IMG/VR virus record: IMGVR_UViG_2541047088_000004
Coordinates: 1,312-65,311 of that record
DNA: 64,000 bases
Reading direction: 5' to 3' (one strand)
From: a virus
Lineage: Duplodnaviria > Caudoviricetes
The position numbers were made by a program, and so were the translations under genes. The notes under the pieces are model-generated. The model did no database searches. It worked only from the letters and a program-made list of their open reading frames with translations, and had not been told where the DNA came from. Each line of letters starts with the position of its first letter. The stretch's first letter is position 1. This document shows, in pieces, positions 55,248 through 64,000 of this stretch.

Positions 55248-57764
55248 TTAACAGTCCTGTCCCTTTCCTCCTTCACAATAAGTGATGCCTTTCCATGTTC
55301 TCCGCTTTGAAAGCCTGTCTCTTCCTCTTTTTATACTTTGATGGTTGCTTTCGATTTCCTTGTTGAAGTTGGCTTGTGACAATGGCAGCATCCCGGCATT
55401 GACGCAGTATTCCTTATACCTTGAAAACAAGTCATCCCTCACCATTTCGACCTTCTCGTCAAGTTCGCAGTACTCATCCACAAAGGAAAGAGCACTGTTG
55501 CTTTCCACACGGTATCGTTGAAGTTCAGCCTTCGTCCTGTCGGTTTCACTGAATTCGTAGCTGTTGTTAATCAGCCTTTTCAGTCCTTCTAAGGCCCACA
55601 TTAATATACCGTCACGTTCTGCCGACAGCTTCTCACGAAGATTTGGGTCACGTTTGTTCTTTGGAACCGAGCTGTCAAAGCGTATTATAATAAGCCTTCT
55701 GTAAAATCCATCGCTGCGGTCACCATAGTTTTTGGGAATCTCATTACAGGAAAACAACAGCTTTGCATATGGCCTGAATGTAAATGGGTCCTTGTTTTTA
55801 CGCTCCCCGGTGATATAGTCCTCTCCTGTAAGGGCCTTGAACATTCCGTTGTCGTCAATGTTCTTTGAGGGCAAATCAGCAAATATGTTAGCCAGCTTGC
55901 CAAACAACTCAGCCTTATTGAAACGATCACCCAGACTCTGCCAAGGTATGTTACTTACATTTTCGCTCCCCAACAGGATTTCCTGTGCTACCGACAACAA
56001 CGTGGACTTTCCTGCATTTGGAGCACCTACAAATACAAAGGATTTTTGTGCCTTGTTCACTGGAATCAGAAGGTATCCGAATATTTCTTGCATTAGATTT
56101 ATTTCCTCTTGATGCAGTATACTCTCAAGAAAAGCTATAAAATTTGGACATTTCGCATCTTCTCTGTAGGTTGCCATAATCTGAACTGTTGAATAGTACT
56201 TAGGGGTATGGGGCTTAAAGGCACCATCCAGTACGTTATACAAACCGTTCTGCACATTGATAATAAATGGGTTGCAGTTTATTTCCCTTACCGGCTTTCT
56301 GATGAGCATCTTCCATTGGCCCACTGTATCGTTTATTGCGGTCATACTGGCATACCGCGGTATCATAAATTCACGGACTTTTGCTAGAGCCCACAAATCC
56401 TCACTGCTACTATAAACACCATGTTCGTAGAAATAATAGCTTCCGGCTCCATAGAAGGCATCAACATTTTTTGCCATATGGTTTGCAAGAAGTCCTGATA
56501 TAAGCCTGAGACCACCGTTTTCGGTTATTTCATACCATTCAGGCAGTTCAAGTTCCGCTGGCATGTGCTTTGTTTGGGCGTTGTCCAAATATTTTCTATA
56601 GATATCCTTATGGAGTGAAACTAGCGGCTTAACATCTGAGGCCTTCAGACCGAAGTGTCCTTTAACCTCGTAGTTGATAAAGGCTTCAGCTATTACGGAA
56701 TCCACATTATACAAGTATTCTTTCACGAACTCCTGCGCCGCTTGAATATTCTCAACTGCATTTCTTTTCACGTCCAGCTCAGATAAAAACACCCTGAGTT
56801 CTTCTATATTGAGGGGCTTGAAGCAAAGTGCTGCCGGAGACTTGCAGCTGCACCTTCCATCAGTAAGCTTTGGGCATTTGAATCCCTTGTCCGATATGGT
56901 TTTACAGGTAATTGGCTTAGTTCCGCTTTCTAGATAGTGATGTATTTTTTGCTGTGTTTCATTAGGGTTATATTTTGGATAGTTCTTAGATAGCTGGTGA
57001 ATTACCTTGTCACCACCCTCAAATACAGTAAGATTTGTAATCATTGCATACCAGTCATGTTCCGAAAGAGAAGCTGAATTGTTATTGCAGTGCTGTATGA
57101 ATTCGCACCTTCGTCCTACAAGTGTCAGTCCTTTTCGACTGCCAGATAGTGTATTGTTTTTACTAATCACCGTCTCGTTTTCTATTTGGGGCAGTACCGC
57201 TTCAAGCTCTGCCTGTGTATACCTGAGTTCAGGATTGAATTTGATACATTCCACCATGACAGGTTCGCCCTTACAATGATTAAAACCGGGAAGCCGCAGT
57301 ACGCGGCTCTCGTTTATACAAGAACTATCTCCGCTAAAATGTGCCGCCAGACGTTTTTGCACTCTTCGGAAGGCTGAAACATCTGCATCTTTCATCAGCC
57401 AATATGTATGAAGAGACTTTTGGGTTTTGACTATAAATGAAGGCTCAATAGGAAATGCTTTAATCTGTGCCATCTGCTCATCAAGACTCAAGCTGTCATT
57501 CTCCACAAACTGTGCATTGATTCTGGTAATGTCCCTGTCCTCATGCCCGCCATAGTTGACCACAAAGAATATTCCTCGATTCTGCTGGTTGTGCTTCTTT
57601 AAGTTCTCAATCGATGAAGCTATTTTCCCCGCCTCATATTCAAGCTTAAGCCCTTTAAATGCAGTGCCTTTTTTATCTGAAAATATCCTTATGCATACTG
57701 TTTCACCGGAATCAAACATGGGCTTTACGAATTCCTCCAGCGGTATGTTCAGGGCTTTATGCAT
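55248..57764 (-). CDS. P4-family phage primase/helicase with RepB-like primase N-terminus
   Basis: FVEND...KSLHTYW..RVLRLPGF; PriCT-like region; D5_N; GAPNAGKST SF3 Walker A; LFSCNEIP..D.SDGFYRR. Confidence 0.9.
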   Translation of the reverse strand: MHKALNIPLEEFVKPMFDSGETVCIRIFSDKKGTAFKGLKLEYEAGKIASSIENLKKHNQQNRGIFFVVNYGGHEDRDITRINAQFVENDSLSLDEQMAQIKAFPIEPSFIVKTQKSLHTYWLMKDADVSAFRRVQKRLAAHFSGDSSCINESRVLRLPGFNHCKGEPVMVECIKFNPELRYTQAELEAVLPQIENETVISKNNTLSGSRKGLTLVGRRCEFIQHCNNNSASLSEHDWYAMITNLTVFEGGDKVIHQLSKNYPKYNPNETQQKIHHYLESGTKPITCKTISDKGFKCPKLTDGRCSCKSPAALCFKPLNIEELRVFLSELDVKRNAVENIQAAQEFVKEYLYNVDSVIAEAFINYEVKGHFGLKASDVKPLVSLHKDIYRKYLDNAQTKHMPAELELPEWYEITENGGLRLISGLLANHMAKNVDAFYGAGSYYFYEHGVYSSSEDLWALAKVREFMIPRYASMTAINDTVGQWKMLIRKPVREINCNPFIINVQNGLYNVLDGAFKPHTPKYYSTVQIMATYREDAKCPNFIAFLESILHQEEINLMQEIFGYLLIPVNKAQKSFVFVGAPNAGKSTLLSVAQEILLGSENVSNIPWQSLGDRFNKAELFGKLANIFADLPSKNIDDNGMFKALTGEDYITGERKNKDPFTFRPYAKLLFSCNEIPKNYGDRSDGFYRRLIIIRFDSSVPKNKRDPNLREKLSAERDGILMWALEGLKRLINNSYEFSETDRTKAELQRYRVESNSALSFVDEYCELDEKVEMVRDDLFSRYKEYCVNAGMLPLSQANFNKEIESNHQSIKRGRDRLSKRRTWKGITYCEGGKGQDC

Positions 57765-58185
57765 TCTTTAAGACCTCCTCGCACCTGTCGCTAAAGTATC
57801 GTATTGTTATGTTCCGTTTGGCTGCTTTTTCAAGCTCAACAGCCATACCTTTTGAAACCCTGTTACCAAAGCACCACAGTTCCTCACATTTACTCATAAG
57901 AACAAGTCCCATAAATATTCCAAGGTTTCTCTGTTCCTTGTCATCATCATCCAGAAATTGCGGGAACAAAAGGTGTGGAGCTATAGGTATGGTATTTCTT
58001 GATACTGCAAAGCGTGAATAGCCTCTTGCCTTGTTTATGTTATATTCCGTATCACCTGCGAAGGGTGAGCATATGTAAACCAATGGCTTGTACTTCTCTC
58101 GTTTGGCCTGTCTCTCTATTTCCAATAATGCTTCATATGGTGTGGGATCATAATATCCCTCGTGGTTATATTTACTAATACTCAT
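57757..58185 (-). CDS. DUF4406-like (nucleoside 2-deoxyribosyltransferase-fold) phage protein
   Basis: VYICSPFAGD...N...AR.Y...PIAPHLLFPQF...C.ELWCFG...S.GM..E. Confidence 0.8.
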   Translation of the reverse strand: MSISKYNHEGYYDPTPYEALLEIERQAKREKYKPLVYICSPFAGDTEYNINKARGYSRFAVSRNTIPIAPHLLFPQFLDDDDKEQRNLGIFMGLVLMSKCEELWCFGNRVSKGMAVELEKAAKRNITIRYFSDRCEEVLKNA

Positions 58186-58188
58186 ATA

Positions 58189-60114
58189 TTAAACCTCCAG
58201 TTCCTTCATATCTCCAAAATTTTCTCCAACTGCAGCCTCAGCCAATATTGGTACGTCGAAGCCTTCAAAAGGTACAATCTCCATGCACTCCTTAATAAAC
58301 CGGGCAGCTTCTGTAACTTTTTCGTGGGGTACTTCAAATACAAGCTCGTCATGAATTTGAAGCAAAGGCTTTAACCATTCCCGTTCATAAAGCCCGGACA
58401 GAATTCGGACTATAGCAAGCTTTAAAATATCTGCTGCTGTACCCTGAATAGGGGTATTTAAAGCACACCGTTGTGCAAAGCTCTTCTTTCCCCAGTCATC
58501 GGAATTGATGTTGGGAAGGTATCTTCTCCGTCCAAGATATGTTTCTGTATATTTTTGAATAGCAGCTTTTTTCTTCACATCATCCTGCCATGTTGTCAGC
58601 ATGGGATAACCTAACTTTAGGTTAGATATAATCTGCTCACATTCCGAAAGTGAGGTATCCAGTCCTGCCTTGAATTTAAGAGTTCTCTGAAGGCCCTTTG
58701 GAAACAGCCCAAAAAATGTACCGAAATTGCAGTTCTTTGCAATCGTCCTTCGTTCCTTATATTGCTCTGCATTTTTATCAATAGCCTGCGGAAAAGGTAT
58801 TTTATATATAACGCTGGTTGTCTGTCCGTGAATATCTCCACCTGTCCGGTAGGTTTCAAGCATTTTATTATCCCTGCAGAAAAATGCACCCACACGAAGC
58901 TCTATCTGAGATAAGTCTAAAGACAACAGCACATTCCCCTTCGAAGCCTTTATAAAGCTACGAACACCCACAGGGTCATTGTCCTTACGGGGGCAGTTCT
59001 GAAGATTTGGCTTTCTGCATGCAAACCTTCCGGTGTCTGTTCCAAGGGGAAAAAGGTCTGGATGTATCCTCCCGGTTTCACTGTTTATATAATCTAAGTA
59101 TCCATCAATATATGTAGATTTCAGCTTTCCCCACTTCCGATACTCCTGTACAAGTTCAAACAGTTTAATAAGCTCTGGCCTGTTTTCCCTGCACCAGTCT
59201 GACAGCAGGATCATTGCTTCATCGTCTGCTGCCTCTTTGTATTTTGCTGTGGTCTTTAGCACCGGGAGCTGCAAGTCCTTGTATAGATAGTTCTTAAAAG
59301 CTGCCGTCCCTGCATTTTCACCCATGTCCACATCACCGATAAAGAAGGCTATTTCCTCCTTTATTTCTGCCAGCTTCTTCTCTGCTTCTTTTTGTTTTGA
59401 AAGCATTAACTCTCTATCCATCAGCAGGCCATTGTGCTTCATAATCCCCACATACACAGCTGTAGGTGACTCCAGCTTTTCAACTATATACCGATGTTTT
59501 GGAAGAAAGCGGTCAAACCACTTATTGAAGGTGTGGTATAGCCGTAGTGCAAAATCCGAATCGGCACAGGCATAGTGTATTGTTTCAAACTCCTGAGGAT
59601 CAAGTTCGTCAAAATGTTTGCCACTTGTCACTTCCTCGAATCTTGGGAGTTCTATACCGTACAACTCTGCGACCAATGTTTTCAGGCCACTGTCAGAAAG
59701 GTTTCTGAACTCGGTATTGCTTTTGAGTGTTAACTGGCTTGCTTCCATGGTGTCATAGCAGGGAGACTTCACTATTATTCCAAGATGATAGAGGAACATG
59801 GCTTCAAAGTTCAGGTTGTGTGCAATCTTGATAATATCTCGGTTTTCAAACAGCCCGGTCTTCAAGTAGTCAAATACTTTTTTAGGGTTCTCAATATTTT
59901 TCCCTGTTCTGTGTCTCAACGGTATGTAAATTCCGCTACTTTCTTCTACGGACAAGCTGATTCCTGTAATAACTGCTTTGTACGGGTCAAGTGCCACTTT
60001 GTCACAGTCTCTGAATCTATCGGTTGGAGAGGTTTCAAAGTCAAAAGCTATTAATTGTTTGTTATTTATGTACTCCTGTATTTCTTTTATATCTAATACG
60101 CACTTGTAATCCAT
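58189..60114 (-). CDS. Phage family A DNA polymerase with 3'-5' exonuclease
   Basis: FDFET exo motif; TGR...PNLQN; DLSQIELR; R..AK..NFG..FG; NTPIQGTAADI; QIHDEL. Confidence 0.93.
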   Translation of the reverse strand: MDYKCVLDIKEIQEYINNKQLIAFDFETSPTDRFRDCDKVALDPYKAVITGISLSVEESSGIYIPLRHRTGKNIENPKKVFDYLKTGLFENRDIIKIAHNLNFEAMFLYHLGIIVKSPCYDTMEASQLTLKSNTEFRNLSDSGLKTLVAELYGIELPRFEEVTSGKHFDELDPQEFETIHYACADSDFALRLYHTFNKWFDRFLPKHRYIVEKLESPTAVYVGIMKHNGLLMDRELMLSKQKEAEKKLAEIKEEIAFFIGDVDMGENAGTAAFKNYLYKDLQLPVLKTTAKYKEAADDEAMILLSDWCRENRPELIKLFELVQEYRKWGKLKSTYIDGYLDYINSETGRIHPDLFPLGTDTGRFACRKPNLQNCPRKDNDPVGVRSFIKASKGNVLLSLDLSQIELRVGAFFCRDNKMLETYRTGGDIHGQTTSVIYKIPFPQAIDKNAEQYKERRTIAKNCNFGTFFGLFPKGLQRTLKFKAGLDTSLSECEQIISNLKLGYPMLTTWQDDVKKKAAIQKYTETYLGRRRYLPNINSDDWGKKSFAQRCALNTPIQGTAADILKLAIVRILSGLYEREWLKPLLQIHDELVFEVPHEKVTEAARFIKECMEIVPFEGFDVPILAEAAVGENFGDMKELEV

Positions 60115-60192
60115 ATCTTAGTATTAACCCTTTCTGCTCTCATAGTGGGAAAGGTGTTTATTCCACCATTTCTCCACTGTGAGAGCAATCTG

Positions 60193-60957
60193 CTACCTGA
60201 GTGGTTCTATTACCTCGCCTGTTTCCAAGTCAATTGAATCAACATTTGTTGTAACTCCATCCTCTGAACCTAAATCCATATCATAACCAACATTTTTACT
60301 GTAGGCTTTAATCTGCTCGGATAATGTGCTTATCAGGGAAAATTCCTCTGTGGTCAGTTGTCTATCGACCGTGAACTGTGCCTGGGAATATGCAATTCCG
60401 CCGCTGTTTACCGCCTTTTTCAGAGAGAATTTTGTTACCACACAGTTTGACTTTCTTCCCTTTGACAAAAGACGTTTGATATACTTGGTGAATTCCTTTA
60501 GTGAGCCGGTAGGAAGTGAAAGTAGCACGGGGAATATTTCACCCTCCCTCAGGACATAAATCCTTCGCCTGTTCTTGCAAGCCTTAGAACCGTTTTCACC
60601 ACTACCAAACTGGTTGTATGGGCATTTGGCACAGTTTCCTCCTGGGTTGCCCTCACCGAATATTCCGTCAAAGCTTCCGCAGTCCGGTGGCTGATTGCCT
60701 CCTGAATATTTGCTTTGATAGTATGCATGAAGTGGGTGATGATATAGAATTACAGCACTGAACTCTTTAACTGAATCCGGCTCGTTGGGATCATCTCCCG
60801 GAACCTCGAATACTGTTGAACCCGCACTTGGTATTTTAATTCTTTCAAAACCACCATCAAGGCCCTCAAGCTCCTCAGCCATTGCTCCGGTCATATTAAA
60901 TTCTGCTAAATTTGCAAATCCTCTATTTGAAATTTCTAACTCAGTATTTTTATTCAT
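60193..60957 (-). CDS. Conserved phage replication protein (probable ssDNA-binding/annealing)
   Basis: RIKIPS.G...FE..PPDC.S.DG...C..CP.NQFGS...KACKN.R; position in the PolA module. Confidence 0.55.
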   Translation of the reverse strand: MNKNTELEISNRGFANLAEFNMTGAMAEELEGLDGGFERIKIPSAGSTVFEVPGDDPNEPDSVKEFSAVILYHHPLHAYYQSKYSGGNQPPDCGSFDGIFGEGNPGGNCAKCPYNQFGSGENGSKACKNRRRIYVLREGEIFPVLLSLPTGSLKEFTKYIKRLLSKGRKSNCVVTKFSLKKAVNSGGIAYSQAQFTVDRQLTTEEFSLISTLSEQIKAYSKNVGYDMDLGSEDGVTTNVDSIDLETGEVIEPLR

Positions 60958-61141
60958 AGTAAATCCTCCGATTATTGTTTTGTTATTCCAATTTATGTGA
61001 AAGCAATAGCTGCCTAATTTCCTTATTCAATGTTCTTCTGCTTAATATCTTGTCTTAAATCTTTGCAATCTGCTTACTTGTCATTTCTCTTTTTTCAACA
61101 TTCCTATATTCGTTATTCCTAATTCTTCGTATCAAAAAAGA

Positions 61142-61576
61142 CTATTTCGCCGTCTTCCTGACCCCGACCGAGGTCTTTTCAAAGACTTTAACCAGTCCCT
61201 CAAGCCAATCGGGTAATAAATCCTCATTTTCTGATGTCTGCTCCTTCACAAATGCTGAAAGAGAATTTGCATTTACGGTTTCATAAACCAGATCACCAAA
61301 GCCTTTTTCTTTAAGTACCTCATAAAGTTCTGTTTTCTTTTCAGAAAGTGCCGAAGCCCTTGTTGTGGTGGTAAGAAAAAACATTGTTCCGCTTCTTGTA
61401 AAATTTTGTGTTTCACTTTCTGCCATCAATTCTGACAGGGCATAATCGGTGTTATCAATTTCTGTATTAATGTCCTTTACTTGCCGCTCAGCTTGCTTTT
61501 TAGCTTCTTTAAGTTCTCTTAACCTGTCCGCCAATTTGAACATCTTATCTTCTATCGCTTTCACCTCCATAAACAA
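61142..61576 (-). CDS. Conserved phage hypothetical protein
   Basis: Coiled-coil N-terminus; LVYETVNANSLSAFVKE motif; true start probably MEVK or MFK. Confidence 0.7.
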   Translation of the reverse strand: MFMEVKAIEDKMFKLADRLRELKEAKKQAERQVKDINTEIDNTDYALSELMAESETQNFTRSGTMFFLTTTTRASALSEKKTELYEVLKEKGFGDLVYETVNANSLSAFVKEQTSENEDLLPDWLEGLVKVFEKTSVGVRKTAK

Positions 61577-63091
61577 ACGGGTTGTCTCCCCTTATGTATT
61601 CATCAACCAAAATTCTGGCCAGATCTGCCTTGCTTCTTAGTGCTTTTAGTACCTTTTCATCAACAGTTCCTCTGGCAACCAGATATATGTATGTACAGTT
61701 CTCTTTCTGCCCGACTCTGTGTATCCGGGCTTTTGTTTGCTCAAAGTTACTCATGGAGTAGTCCATTGAATAGAAAACCATGGTACTCGCCGCTGTAAGT
61801 GTTATTCCAAGTCCTGCCGTTGCTATCTGTCCTATGAAGACTTTAACCTCGGGGGTGTTCTGAAACTGTGAAACCTGAATTTCTCTATCCTTTACACCGC
61901 CCATTATGAGGGAATATTCAAGTTTCTTCTTTTGTAAAAGCTTTTCAATTGCTTTTATCTCTGCCACAAACCTTGCAATTACTACAATCTTTTTGTCTTG
62001 ATTAATTGCCTCTTCAATAACGTCTGATAGTGCCTCCAGCTTTGCTGTGCTAACATTAGTTACGGTACTTCTGTCATTGCCGATAAATCCCCCTGTCAAT
62101 TGGGATAACCGTAGCAGCCGTGTCAGGACATTTGTAACTGTTACTTCGCCCTTTGACAGTTCCGCATAGCTGTCTTTTACTAATGACCTATATATTTTTT
62201 CTGCAGATGCCTCAAGCTTAATATGCCGTACTATGTCTGTTGTCTCAGGCAAATCAAGACACTCTGCCTTTGTTATTCTGAAAGCAATTGAGTGGAGTCG
62301 GTCCATTAACTCCTGCTCCATTGATTTTTTAAGAACCGGGGTATGATTGCCATAACCCATCATGTCAAAATATCTGCTTCTAAAGGCATAAAAGCTCTCT
62401 CCGAAAATCCCAGGATTAATAAATTTGTATTGGCTGAAAATATCAATGGCTTTGTTTGTTATGACTGTTCCGGTAAGGAGCATTCTGTACCGAGCCTTTG
62501 CACCAAGTTTATGCAGTGCTTTTGACTGCCTGGTGCTGTGTGTTTTTATCTTGTGCCCTTCGTCTGCTATGATTATGTCTGCATCAAATTTTAATAGTCC
62601 TGTCTCCATCCGCCATGCAGATTCATAATTAATAATGACTATCTGAAGAGCCTCTCCTTTCATGTGTTCAAGCGCATCCTGTTTCTTATTCATTGTCCCT
62701 TCAAGAATGACAGCGTTATATGGGAATGCTGCGAATTTTTGAAGTTCTTCCTGCCACACGTTGACAATGGATAAAGGTACCACAATCAGTGCCCTTTTAA
62801 TTTTCCTTGCCATGTACATTGCACCAAGTACTGCTATTGTTGTAAGGGTTTTTCCTGTGCGGAGTTAACCCATTTCCATTAGTAAGGAAACTCCTCTGCT
62901 TCTGGAAATGTTCATCGACACCACCTCCCATCCATTAGTGCATATTCCTTGTTGAATTCATCTTCTACAAGACCAAACATCACACATACAAAATTAAATG
63001 CATTTATCTGGTGTTGATAAGGTGTTGCCTTAATCGGCATTGGAAGAAGACAGTATCCGTTTTCATGTGTTTTTCTTTCATTGAGATCCAA
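61545..63091 (-). pseudogene. SNF2/DEAD helicase split into three pieces
   Basis: 62912-63091 (59 aa, PYQHQINA Q-motif); 62865-62915 (MNISRSRGVSLLMEMG*); then LRTGKT... in frame with 61545-62819 (DEGH, LLTGT, QTKARIHRVGQ). Confidence 0.8.
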
Positions 63092-63125
63092 GTCACTTCA
63101 CCTCATTTTTTGTCACCCATAGGTG

Positions 63126-63332
63126 TCAGTCTTGGTAAAAAAATAGCTTGTCCATTGGTTCCTCGGGAAACGCCTTGATAATTCCACCAATTAGCTTGCT
63201 CCCTCCTTTACGTTCTCCATGTATAAACCTGCTTATTTCAGTTCTTGAAACGCCTGTCTTCCTTGCTAATTCAGCATCATGCCAACCCTTTTTCCTTGCA
63301 AGAGAAATAATATATTCCTTGTTAGGTCTCAT
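63126..63332 (-). CDS. Cro-like XRE HTH regulator
   Basis: ELARKTGVSRTEISRF..GER HTH; divergent from the repressor. Confidence 0.85.
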   Translation of the reverse strand: MRPNKEYIISLARKKGWHDAELARKTGVSRTEISRFIHGERKGGSKLIGGIIKAFPEEPMDKLFFYQD

Positions 63333-63384
63333 ACTTTTTCACCTCCTCTTAGGGAACATATGTTCGTTTCTTTAGCGTTACGTT

Positions 63385-63413
63385 TATTCTATCAGTTATG
63401 TAACCTAGCGTCA
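63385..63413 (-). promoter_or_regulatory. Lytic promoter (cro direction)
   Basis: TTGACG-17-TAGAAT. Confidence 0.7.
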
Positions 63414-63440
63414 AGATACTATAAAAATTTTATTGTAATA

Positions 63441-63469
63441 TTGCTTTTCGGTAACAACTTTTATATAAT
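63441..63469 (+). promoter_or_regulatory. Repressor promoter
   Basis: TTGCTT-17-TATAAT, back-to-back with the cro promoter. Confidence 0.65.
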
Positions 63470-63563
63470 ATATGAAGGTAGTGGAAACACTATATTTAAT
63501 CAATACCTGCCAATACCTATAAAACATAGGTGTTAACGTACTTAGGGACAACTGGAGGTTATT

Positions 63564-64000
63564 ATGACTGAGTTTGAAAAAACAGAACTCGGAAAATTTA
63601 TTGAGATGATCCGGACTGAAAGGGATCTGTCACAAAGGCAGCTTGCAGAGTTAGCGGGAATCAGCAACACTGAAATCTGGAGGCTTGAAACCGGAGAAAG
63701 AAGACGTCCTTCCCCGGATGTTCTAAAGGCAATTGCCCCCCATCTCGGAGTCAGATATGAAGATCTGATGATTAAGGCCGGATACATGGAGGAAACCTGG
63801 AACATAAGCATTTTACCGAAATGATTTTCAGGGACGATATAGGCAACGTTGTTGATATAAGCAAAAGAGCAAAAGAGATGTACAAGCTAGACAGTGACTG
63901 GGCAAACATAGCCTACAGGATTTCAAAAGAGCTCCTCCCTGAGGATATCGCAGCAATAAAAGCCGTTGCCAATTCACTTCTAAACAAGAACAAAAAATAG
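63564..64000 (+). pseudogene. CI-like XRE repressor, frameshifted near 63797
   Basis: HTH LSQRQLAELAGISNTEIWRLETGER ends at 63824; the -1 frame from ~63800 (EHKHFTEMIFRDD...LLNKNKK*) stays open to a TAG at 63998-64000. Confidence 0.75.

Larger units (their letters stand above)
25991..64000 (-). mobile_element. HK97-type siphovirus prophage, probably defective; may extend beyond the window
   Basis: Ordered modules: integrases, lysis, tail, head, terminase, methylase, HNH, replication, cro/cI; att sites not identified. Confidence 0.9.

Noticed and set aside
62857-62861. GTGCG (group II intron 5' consensus) at the SNF2 insert
   Set aside because: Only five bases, with no intron domains or RT gene in the window

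Overview
Low-GC Firmicute DNA. The type I dockerin with an AL/AL recognition motif suggests a cellulosome-producing Ruminiclostridium-like clostridium (inference). The window has three parts. (1) 1-12.9 kb: a 3640-aa Sec-signal, WapA-like Rhs polymorphic toxin (FN3 repeats, dockerin, three beta-helix modules, RHS/YD core, C-terminal HNH/EndoVII Tox-HNH-EHHH-type nuclease) followed by a probable immunity gene. (2) 12.9-26 kb: an integration hotspot with large serine recombinase genes (a tandemly duplicated cassette, one copy fused), recombinase remnants, a broken papain-like toxin fragment next to a lipoprotein, a frameshifted Amidase_6 gene and a Tn3 remnant with one 38-bp IR. (3) 26-64 kb: a largely complete HK97-type siphoprophage on the minus strand (two serine integrases, lysis, tail, head, packaging, methylase, PolA/primase/SNF2 replication, cro/cI switch). 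It carries several morons and several lesions (cI, SNF2, tail fibre, head fibre). Most notable: the dockerin-tagged Rhs nuclease toxin; an unannotated antisense sRNA/attenuator arrangement in the integrase leader; a self-contained three-gene candidate defence cassette between terminase and portal; and a 9-nt stop-containing insert in the SNF2 Walker A motif. All family assignments come from motif recognition by eye; no searches were run. No tRNA, rRNA, CRISPR array or reverse transcriptase was seen.
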